DNA from: Lophium mytilinum
Lineage: Eukaryota
Reading direction: 5' to 3'
DNA length: 64,000 bases
NCBI GenBank assembly: GCA_010093605.1
Contig: MU004194.1
Coordinates: 1,340,323 to 1,404,322 of the forward strand
The notes beneath the pieces are model-generated. The model ran no database searches. It was given only the letters and a program-made list of their open reading frames with translations, and had not been told where the DNA came from. Both the position numbers and the translations under genes were made by a program. How positions within the stretch are numbered: the first letter of the stretch is position 1; each line of letters begins with the position of its first letter. Of the stretch, positions 50,751 to 61,421 are shown in pieces.

Positions 50751-52040
50751 ATGCCTGCCAGAACACTACCCACGATTCCAATTGCGGATGTCCAGGCCCA
50801 TAACACCTCCAAGTCGTGCTATGTCACGATAGGCACCAAGGTTTACGATGTCACGGACTTCATCGAAGGCCATCCCGGCGGTGGCGACCTCATTCTGGAG
50901 CATGGAGGGCAGGACGTTGGGGCGATAATGAAGGATGAGATCTCGCACGACCATTCCGAGTCTGCATACGAGATTCTGGATGAATACCTTGTGGGATTCG
51001 TCGTATCGGGAAAAGTTTTGGACGCCGTGACGGAAAGCGGGCACCCTGCTGATATTGTGCCACTGCCGCCATCGGAAAAAGGCATCGCAGACCTCAAGGC
51101 GAACGGAGCTGCCAACGGGGTTGCAACGGAGCCGCTTTATGCTGCCACTGGAATGTCTACTGAGGATGACCTCTCGAGGGAAACGGACCCTACGGATGAT
51201 TATACGACATGGAAATTCTTGGACCTGAACAAGCCGCTATTCATGCAGATGATTAGGAGCAAATTCAACAAGGAGTTCTATCTTGAGCAGGTCCACCGGC
51301 CGAGACATTACAAGGGAGGAGATTCAGCACCACTGTTTGGAAACTTCCTGGAACCTTTAAGCAAGACCGCCTGGTGGGTCATTCCAACAGTCTGGTTACC
51401 TCCCGTGATGTACGGGACCTTTATAGGCTTCCTAAACCTTGGGAGTGTACCGGAGGCGGCTGCATATTGGTTTTTGGGTCTCTTTCTATGGACTCTCGTT
51501 GAATATGTTCTGCACCGTTTTTTGTTTCACCTTGACTAGTAAGTTGTCTTTGCTCGAGATGTTCGAATCAGATGCTGATCGCCTACTAGCTACCTACCCG
51601 ACAACCGCTTTGCGTTCACATTACATTTTCTCCTCCACGGCATACACCACTACCTCCCTATGGACAAATACCGCCTTGTCATGCCGCCTACTCTCTTCCT
51701 TGTTCTAGCTACACCATTCTACAAGCTAGCTCTCTTCGTATTCTCATACAACCTGTATGCCGCAACGACCGTCTATAGCGGTGGCATTTTTGGTTACATC
51801 TGCTACGACCTGACCCACTACTTCCTCCACCACCGAAAGTAAGTATTGCACACACCGATCGCATGTCTACCGCTAACAAACAATAGCCTACCAGCCTGGT
51901 ACCGATCGCTCAAGAAGTACCACCTCAAGCACCACTTCGCCGACTACCAGAATGGTTTCGGCGTGACCAGCCGGTTCTGGGACTATGTCTTCAACACCGA
52001 GCTAGTAATGGAGCAGCCTAAGATCGTGAAGGCGACCTAG
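50751..52040 (+). CDS. SCS7: Sphingolipid fatty-acid alpha-hydroxylase Scs7/FA2H (cytochrome b5 fusion); exons 50751-51538, 51590-51838, 51887-52040
   Basis: Cytochrome b5 HPGG; His boxes HRFLFH, HGIHH, HYFLHH, HLKHH; FGVTSRFWD. Confidence 0.95.
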
Positions 52041-53569
52041 TGTTCCTAAGTATAGTCCGCGTCTTGGAGAAGTTCAGAATCATTGCGTCGGCGTCATGGG
52101 TTAGGTTGGGCTTGGTTGGGTTTGTGGTAATGTAATGATGGCCCGACGTTCGTTTACGTTGTTTATTGAATGGGGGTTTGGGGGTTGGCAGAGCATTCAT
52201 GGATTCATTCACTCCTCATCCTGATGCTCGTAGTATCAATATAATTGGTAGCTGGTACATTCTGTTCTACACATCTGCTTGCATGGACTGTTGCATTTGG
52301 AACGTCTCATATATCTTCAGCTAATCTTTTAAGAGATCCATTGAGATTCAGGTTTGTGGGATCATATTCTGGCTAGGAGGTAGGGCGCAGACGGATCTGC
52401 GTTGCATATTGTCAGGCTTTGGGAATGCAGCTTCGCCGAAGCTTCCGTCTCTATCCTGTCATGGCTAACATCCTCAATAATCAGATTGCGCCAGACATGC
52501 TAGAAGGTAGGTTGCAGCTTAGGCTTAAGCAATTGCTCCCACTTCAAGACAGCGTCCGTCTAGCTTTGAAGACCGCGGCACATGGTTCGACCCAGAAGTC
52601 TTTGAGCCGCATTGCCAAAACCGTAGATCGGTCGGGAGAGGGAGCTTCACAATCTGCTCCTCAGCTCGAAACCTCCCATGTCGACGTAAGGAGATACACC
52701 GGCTGAATCTTTCTAATGTCGGGCGCCGGAACACGGCTGTTGAACACAAGCGGTACTTTGAACCTTACGAAAGCTGTATTGAGTATCTCGATGGCCTACT
52801 TTCAAAGAAAGGGCACCTGTTACTCATCGCTTTGCTGAGAGATGGTATGCTTCATGCGGCAACACGTACAAAGATAGAGCGGGCTTGAGGACAAGACGGC
52901 AGCGATTGGACGGGACAACCTCATGGGAAGATTTAAAATACATGTGCTATGGGAGTGTGAACGCATCTGCTCACGGCGGTTTGCTACGATTCATTTGGTT
53001 GGGAGTGTCTGGACATATTGGAGAGTAGCACGTGTTTAAGGCTTCGTTTTGAAACAACACTTAGAAGCAGACAAGACGCTATGTGCACACGCAGACAGAC
53101 TCAATCATCATGTCCTTATAGGTTCTGACCTCTGAGACTTATCATGTACAGCCCCACTCCATGTCCCCGTCGCCGCACCCGAGCCCCAGTTGGAGATCAT
53201 TTGGCAAGGCAGCAGTGAAGTTCGAGCTAGCAGGGGTACCGTTTAGCCATGCCGATGGGCTAACCCAAATCGTGGCTAGCGCGCCCCACTTTCTAGCGAA
53301 CTCAAAACTCCACCTCACTTCGGCCGTCCGCCTTCCACGAACAACAACACCGACCTTCCTCATCCTCCACAACCTTTCCTATCAACGCTCGAAGACCTAG
53401 TCCTCGACACCTCGCCTCCTACTACTTCTTGCACTCAACACCAACAGCTTCTCTCCTAGCTCTCTTGACAATCAACAATCAAGGGTGTGATCACTCGTTC
53501 GAAGACTCCTCACCTACTCTGACACTCGCGGCAGTGACTATTCCCCATCACCAGACAAACTTCTCCAAC

Positions 53570-55438
53570 ATGGCAACTCCAGGGCTTCAGGACATCGAGG
53601 CTCTCCTCGAGGAGGCTGCCGAGGCGGCTGCAGCTAAGGACCGCGCGTCGCTCTTGAGCGCGGAGAAGAATGGAAATGGCGAACATAACCGTGACAGGGA
53701 CCGTGCCCGTGCCCACGACCGCGATCGAGAACATCGTCGCGATCGGAGCCGCACGAAGATCAAGAAGGAAGATGACGACGTGGATATGGACGCGCCCGGC
53801 AGCGGCAGGAGCCGAGACTCACAGCACGATAGACACAGATCTAGGTCCCCTCGTCGCCGTGACGATAGACGCGGTGACTACTATCGTGCTAGCCATCGCC
53901 GAACCCGCTCAAGGTCCCCAGACCGCCATTATCAGCCCCGTGGTATCCGACGCGACCGAGATAGAGATGGTCCTCGCGAGCGCGACAATCGCGACAACCG
54001 CAACTCCTACCGTGGAGGCAGATACGGACGACGCTCATCCCGCGACGAGAGCCCTAAGCGCCGTGCGAAGACCCCGGAACCAATGCTGACCGAGGATGAG
54101 CGTGACAGGCGCACGGTGTTTGTCCAGCAACTTGCTGCTCGGCTCGAGCACAAACACCTGCACGAGTTCTTTTCCAAAGTCGGCAGAGTCAAGGATGCGC
54201 AGATCGTCAAGGACCGTGTCTCAGGGCGCTCAAAAGGGTATGCTTATCTCACCAATGCCATTCCATCACAAGCACCCTACTAACATTTACCTAGCGTTGG
54301 CTACGTCGAATTCTACGACGAGGAATCTGTTGCCGCCGCGATCGCTCTAACTGGACAGAAGTTGAAGGGCGTCCCGATCATTGCTCAGCACACAGAGGCC
54401 GAAAAGAACCGTCAGGCCCGGGCCGAGGGCGCTCCCAGCGCCGCCAGCGGGGTCCCCTTCCATCGTCTCTACGTGGGCAATGTCCACTTCAGCATCACGG
54501 AGGCCGACTTGACCACCGTGTTCGAGCCCTTTGGCGAGCTCGAGTTCGTCCAGCTGCAAAAGGAGGAGAATGGACGTAGCCGGGGCTACGGATTCGTGCA
54601 GTTAGTAGTCCTCTCTCTGTTCAGCTTGCTTTACTAACTATCTAGATTCCACGACCCAATCCAGGCCAAAGAAGCACTGGAGAAGATGAACGGCTTCGAG
54701 CTTGCCGGCCGCCCAATCCGCGTTGGCCTTGGCAACGACAAGTTTACCCCCGAGTCGACGGCAAACCTCCTTAGGAGCTTTAATGGCCAGGCCCAACCCC
54801 AGTTCCAGGGCTCAGCTTTCTCGGGCCACGGAGGTCGCGGCATCCATGCTGGTGGTGCTGGTGGCAACTTCGAGCGCACCGGAGGACGAGACACCGACCG
54901 TGGAGCTGGTGGCGCGAGCGCCTTAGACGACACTGATGTCGTCGGGGTCAACTTCAGCAACTACTCGCGAGATTCGCTTATGCGCAAGCTTGCCCGGGCC
55001 GATGATCCTCAGCCCGCCAATAACGAACGCAAGGCACCACAAGTCAACCGTCGACCGGCCACGCGGGTCCCAGCTCCAATGGCGAGCCAATGCCTTGTGA
55101 TCAAGGAGATGTACAACCAGACGGAGCTCGAGAAGTAGGTATACCTGTTAGCTATTTGACACAGACGCTAACAAGCTGATAGAGAGGGACCGAATTGGAA
55201 GCGCGAGCTTATCGACGAGATCGGAGAGGAATGCAGAGCGATGTACGGCGACGTGGCGCATGTCGGCGTCGATCCTGTGACAAGCCCAGGAGACGTTTAC
55301 ATTAAGTTCATCGACATTGCTGCTGGCACGAGGGGCCTCAACGGCCTCAATGGTCGATTCTTCAACCAGCACATGATCACCGCAGAGCCCGTCTCTGACG
55401 CCATGTACAAAATTCGATTCCCAGACTCGGAGGAGTAA
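53570..55438 (+). CDS. RBM39/CAPER/PAD-1/Rsd1-like splicing factor (RS region, 2 RRM, UHM); exons 53570-54237, 54295-54600, 54646-55134, 55183-55438
   Basis: RD/RS-rich N-terminus, [47 protein letters not shown]...[14 protein letters not shown] motif LNGRFF. Confidence 0.92.
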
Positions 55439-56399
55439 GCGTATCAACGATACCCTTCGATTATTTTCGATGGTAAGGTCTTTTTTTATGGGCATCATCT
55501 CACATTTTCTCCAGGTCCCACAAGCTCAGCTTCCTCACGCTTACAGAGCCATGAATATTCACGCGAGTATCTGCCCTTCACCTGCTCAGTCCCTCTCATT
55601 GAAAGAAAGACGCTGACACAGTTGAACAGCTACGTTCGAACGGGTTTCTTGCGGCCTTCAACGAGAACCTGATATTTGGACGTACGCTTCTTCACGGTAC
55701 TCTTGATGACTGCTTACGGCACTTCCGACTAGTCTTTCACGGCACACACAACACCTTCGACACCTTTTCACGGCGACACTGAACACTTTTTTGCGGCAAC
55801 TTCGATCGCCTTGTCACGACAGCTACTCCTCGTGCTGTATCATGGGCTCTTTGATATTCCAGCAAATTCTTGCTCGACATTGCACATTGAAAAGGTTTGT
55901 ACAAACAACAATCCCCCCAGCACACATACCCCTTGCACACTTCCCTACTTCCCACTTTGCACGACGTCTTCGGGCGATCGTCTGCAACTATGCGTGACTA
56001 TGACTCGAGTTTTGCTTCGACTGATGAACGGACTAACTGGTCGGTGGATGATGGCGGGACTGGCTGGGCGTACGAATGTTGGCACTACTTCGACACCAAA
56101 TTTCTGCGAAAGGAACAAGAAAACAGAAAATCATACTCAGACTGGTCTTCACAGTAGGACAGCCAATACAGATCCTTTCGCTACTTCCTCTCTTTGACGT
56201 GACAAACATCTCTGCTCTACATGTTCGGGTTATACAATGCTTCGTCATAGATATTTGTACACTTTCATGCTCTGTTTGTGGTCCTCAGTCATGCTAGTGG
56301 AAACCGGGGGCAGCGGACGCACTTTCAATCTATGCGTACGCGCTGCTGGCGTTGTCTGGCGTAGACTCACGAGTTTTCGCATGGTCTAAGATGTCAAAT

Positions 56400-58190
56400 T
56401 TTTCTCTTATTCAGAATGCTAAAAATACTATGAGGCTCCTCATACAGCGGTAAATGAGTGTAAGGAGCTTGTTGTCTTCAGGCACGTATCGCTGCCCTAT
56501 TGAGTGAGTGGCCGTCGGCACCATGCCGCAGCGCCGTCTGAGGTGGCCTAGAGAGCTATCAGGCAGACCAAATGCCGCTCTCTCTATCTGCTGAACGGTT
56601 ATCGAAGCATGCCAAACAGGGGCGGACCAGTGTACATAGCAGCGCACGAGCAGTCTTCCGGATTGCACATCTTGTTTGGACTTGGGGGGTCTCTCGTAGG
56701 ACCCTTGACGGCGGCATCGCTAGGTGAGGACTGGCTTTTGAACTGCAATCAACTTTGAACGCTTGCAGGATTGACATGCTATGCAGATTCTTGGAAGCTT
56801 CTCGGGGCGCCACTGGCGGCGGCATCACTCGTTCAAAACGACAGCCAGGCGTTGCACCAAATTTGCAGGCCTGACAGCTCTACATCCTGTCCTAGCTCGG
56901 TGGAGTCTCACGGGCACTCTTGACAGCGGCAGAATACGGTAGGGTTCACCTAGGTGATTGCACTGATGTGAAGGCTTCCGGTATTGACATTATGTAGATC
57001 ATTGAAAGCCTGCCAGAGCACCACTGACCGCGAGATCACCTCCGACTTACCATCGTGAGTTGCATCAGATTTGAAGCTTAAAGGCCTTCAAGCCCATTGG
57101 AACTTTTTGTAAGTCTCTGAAGCACCGCTGACGGCGACGTCACTAGCTCAGATGCCAGGCGCAAGGTACGCCTGATGTGAAGAGGTGCAGTCTTTACATC
57201 CTATCTAGATTCTTGGAGCGTGCCCAGAGCACTCTCTACAGCGGCAAGAGCATGGTCAAATGCTTATTGGGAGGCACTCTTTTGAGAGTAAGCAGTCGCC
57301 CAGTAGCTTTCCATTCCGATTCACGCCCGAGGTCTTGAAACTGTCCAGGGGTAGGTCGACGGGTCATCAGACTCACGCTCAGACACTGTACTTACATACA
57401 ATTCCCGCACTCGGGGAATGGATACCCCTCTCCGAGCTCGAAACACGCTTGGGCTACCTCGTACGCAATTCTCGCTCTCGAAGACATGGCCTCTTGTTCA
57501 GAACGTGGAAGCATGCTTGGGCCACCTCCTACAGCAGCATGCGCCTTGCTGCTCAGGGATTAGGTCTCCTACGCAACTACCACTCTTGAAGAAGTGACAT
57601 CTCTTATAGGATACCAACACAAGTCTGAGCCACCTCCTACAGCGGCATGCATGCACATGCTAACAGGCTTTGCTCGACACGCGATTCACACTGATGGAGA
57701 ATTGACATCGCTCCTAGAATCTGGAAGCATTCTTAGGCCACCTCTGACAGCGGCATGCATACAACTATTAAGAGCCTTTGCTCTCCACACGATTCGTGCT
57801 CATGGAATATTAACATCGCTCCTAGAATTCGGAGACATGCCTAGGCCACCTCTTACAGCGGCATGCACTCAGCTACTAAGCCTTTGCTCCTATGCGATTC
57901 GCGCTCATGGAGGACTCACGTCGATCCTAGAATCCGGAAAAATACATGAATCGCCTCCTACAGCCGCACATATGGAGCTGCTAAGAAAAATTCCTCGAGT
58001 GTGATTTGCGCCCTCGGCAGGTTAACATCTCCCCCGGAGCACGCACGCATGCTTGTGCTACCTCCTGTAGCAGCACGTACCTAGGCGCCCAGACGATTGA
58101 TTTCAATACAATCTCCGCACTCAACACAATGGCATCTTCCAGAAATCTGAAACTTCACTTGGGCCACTCCCCACAGTGCCACGTGCGAAC
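56400..58190. repeat. Degenerate tandem array of ~104-108-bp units (about 14-15 copies)
   Basis: Core like GCCACCTC(C/T)(T/G)ACAGCGGCA at 56435, 56699, 56807, 56914, 57018, 57122, 57229, 57522, 57630, 57738, 57846, 57951, 58058, 58164, usually preceded by TTGACAT-N6/7-AG. Confidence 0.8.
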
Positions 58191-58879
58191 GGATCACCTG
58201 AGGGCAATTTTCACCCCTTATCTTACGCACTTCACCTTTCAAGCTCCGTCTTGACGTCACAAGACAGACTTGTCTTGTCGGCTATAAGAAGACCTTCTGG
58301 ACCTCGACAGCTTCTCTCCTACACCACTCATCAGCACGGTAAGCCACTCCTCTGACCTTCGTCAACGGTCCAAAACTGACCCTAACAGCACCGCAATATC
58401 GACCAGAGAGAACGTGCGTTGCGTCCCGCGTCCTAGTTGGAGTCGCCTCGGTCCGTGAAGTCGGGAGGTAGAAAGGAGATTGAAGCGTCCCAGACAGCTG
58501 AAAAGGTAAGGAATCAGATGGCGTTTACTCGCCCAAATCACACCCCTGCACATCACATCACTCCCCATTGTTTGATTCAGCGAGCGTTATTTCTGCAAGA
58601 GATCGGAAAGGCAAGTTTGGAAGAGAGGAAGAGGCGGCGTGCGGGACTGCGCAGGGCATTGAGGTGTCCTCCAGTGGTGTTCAGGACATGGAAAGAGCTT
58701 GGAAGAATGGAGGCTGGCTGGCTTCGGTGCCTCACATGTCTGGTCAAGAGTATCAAGGGGATCGTGCCATTCGAGCTTGCTATTCTGATGGCCATCCCCG
58801 AACCTTCGAGTGGTGTGTGCTAAACTGTGCGCTTTACAGATCAGATACCGCCGTGAGACACCACGTAGGGTCTCAAGAA

Positions 58880-60208
58880 ATGCCGCCCAACATGTCAGAC
58901 CTGAAGGACCTTGAATTGAACGACCCCTTCTGGCAGGGCGGATCGGCACCATTCTGGCCCGTGGGCCTGTCCACGACGCCGTACAATGGCGGCCAGAGCG
59001 GTGGCTTCATCGCCCCGAATCAGGACCTGCAGCTGGCGACTCAGATTCTCGAGCTTGACCGCATCGTTCGTCTCCAAACCGACAGAATCGCGGCCCTAGA
59101 GGCCAAAGTTGACTGCATGGAAGAGGCTTCCAGAATGCCCTCAGCATCGCACCTGTATCGTCCAGGCCCGTCCGTTCATCAGCCTCAAACTCCGACCGCT
59201 GCGCCAGTAGTTGCGTCCTCCGGCCCTGTATCAGGGGAAACCCCAGGTGGAATTGTATCAGCACCGCGATCTGGAACCAGAGCGGATACTCCCAGACTGA
59301 GGCATGCGCCCATGCTAGTCCCCCCGGGTGGAGCGAACAGACAGGAATATCGCCCAATGCTGGCTGACTATTTCGGAGATGTTGAGAAATGGGTTCAGCA
59401 ATACGCTACGGTTCCCTTGTCGCATATCGAGACCACGGAGGCCCTCTACAAATACACCAGCCAGCTAATTACGCTTGCCGGAGTTGGCGACGCCGCGGAG
59501 CAAGTCTTGCTAGCCTCCAATTATCAGCAATTCGCAATCTTGTCCAAGGTCAATCATTACATCTGTTCCAAGACTATGGACTGCGACCTCATCGACCTCT
59601 TCTCATCAGAGCTCGAGACCTACAATAGTGTTCTTTGCCAACACTGGAACACAGCTACAGAATACGCTACCTGCCAGGCAATCCTCCGTGGCAGAGCCGA
59701 GCTCTACTGGCAGATGCAAGAGGATCCTCAATATCACCAATGGCGAGCTGGCTTCGTTGACAAGCTGACAGGCGACCTGATGAGCATTCTAGCTCCCGCG
59801 ATCCGCCATAAGAGCATGGAAGAGGCGCGCTCTAAACTTGCCCAGTTCTTCATCCGCGCTGTTCGCATCAGTATCAGAATGCGCATGGACCAGATGAGCT
59901 GGGTGTTCAATTTCCCACAGCAAGACGACCCTCTTACACAAAGCATGGTCTTCCGAAACCCGGATGTCTCTCCACTCGAGGTTAGAGCGAACACCCAGAG
60001 ACATCGCGTGTTCTTCTATATTACTCCCAAAATCCAGTGTGACAAGTATCCCGCGAGAGGTCCAATTGGCTCTGAGATCGTTCATGGGGCTGAGGTGATT
60101 GTGAAAAAGGTTGCAATCTCGATGTGGGAGCCGCACCCCACACAAACGTGGCAGCCGATGTCCTCCGGATATAGTATTGTGAGAAAGCAAGAGCACGCTA
60201 GAGATTGA
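58880..60208 (+). CDS. Uncharacterised fungal protein (coiled coil, Pro-rich linker, helical C-terminal domain); start may instead be ATG 58688
   Basis: Frame open from 58568 to 60208 with natural composition; TATA at ~58283; upstream leader introns 58339-58388 and 58506-58580. Confidence 0.7.
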   Translation: MPPNMSDLKDLELNDPFWQGGSAPFWPVGLSTTPYNGGQSGGFIAPNQDLQLATQILELDRIVRLQTDRIAALEAKVDCMEEASRMPSASHLYRPGPSVHQPQTPTAAPVVASSGPVSGETPGGIVSAPRSGTRADTPRLRHAPMLVPPGGANRQEYRPMLADYFGDVEKWVQQYATVPLSHIETTEALYKYTSQLITLAGVGDAAEQVLLASNYQQFAILSKVNHYICSKTMDCDLIDLFSSELETYNSVLCQHWNTATEYATCQAILRGRAELYWQMQEDPQYHQWRAGFVDKLTGDLMSILAPAIRHKSMEEARSKLAQFFIRAVRISIRMRMDQMSWVFNFPQQDDPLTQSMVFRNPDVSPLEVRANTQRHRVFFYITPKIQCDKYPARGPIGSEIVHGAEVIVKKVAISMWEPHPTQTWQPMSSGYSIVRKQEHARD

Positions 60209-61421
60209 TGGTCGGATGAACGATGAGACCTTGGACAGACAGAGTTTGGAGAGACTCGCTCTACTTCGATTCACTCTGGACATGGACTAACGACTACGAC
60301 TCGACCACGAATACGACCACGACTCACTATTATGATCACGAATATGATCACGACTTTTTGACCGACCTCGACTCTTACGATTGGAATACCTGCCGACTTG
60401 GATGCATTGACAGCTTGGAGCACTGGCGAGCTGGAAAGTCAGGTATAGCATGGGTATCGAGATGGTTGAGACTTTGCGGAAGGATGGGACTCTGAAAGTA
60501 TGTTTATTCGAATATCTTTTAGGTTGATTTCTGGTTTTGTCGACTGTCTACTTGGCTGAGCGGCCCGGAAACGACCATGATGGGAGAGTCACTGACTTTG
60601 GCTGCTTGGGATATATGGTCATGAACTCGGTTGGATTCCCTTCCTTGGGATCCTATTTGGGTTTATCTTGCTTTCTGGATTTTGATCGACTTTCGAATTC
60701 CTAAGCGGCTTGGGGATGATTGTGGTGGATGTCACCGTCTGGCTGCTTGGATTATTCTATGTCCTATGGAATGGATTGGATTCTCTCTCTTGAGGTCCGA
60801 CTGATGCTGCTTTGCAAGGAGATAGTTCCGAACATAGCACTCAATATCCTACTAAATGAACTGCCTGTTCAATGAGAAAGTTGTCATATAATGCTGCATG
60901 AGACCATAACTTGACTGCCAGGCTTGTTGAGAAAGTACATGGGCCGACAGCCCTGCAGCGGCGACGTCAACCTTCATTTGCCAGGTTCCCCACACGTCCG
61001 GGATTCCACATCCGTCTCCTCCACCAGTCGAATCTCACTTCCTCGTTGCGCAAGAGTCTCCTTGGCTTGATTCTCTGGCAGCATATCTCCTATCTGTATT
61101 ACACGACTTTCTTATCCTGATTGTACCCGTATAGCATTCTTACTCCGCTTTCTAGACATTGTATACGACGATTCTAGCCTGCAAGCCCAACAGGAGCTGA
61201 AGAACCGCGAAAAAGCCCCATACCGGAGACTACTTCAACTCGCCATACGATTTTTTCTTAGAACTATAAGCCCCTCGACACGATTGCATTCGCGGGAAAA
61301 GAGGGCGCTGCATTGCCTCCAATAGACTTACGACCCAATTGATGAAACTGGACCAAGTAACATGACATAACCCTACGAAGAACTGCACGCACAATATGAG
61401 TCCTTCGCTGGAGCTTCAAGA

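Noticed and set aside
60223..60495. Small Asp/Tyr/Thr-rich ORF, and the similar ORF at 55897-56157
   Set aside because: ACGACT/CGACAC-rich composition typical of fungal 3' UTRs directly after a stop codon; no coding evidence
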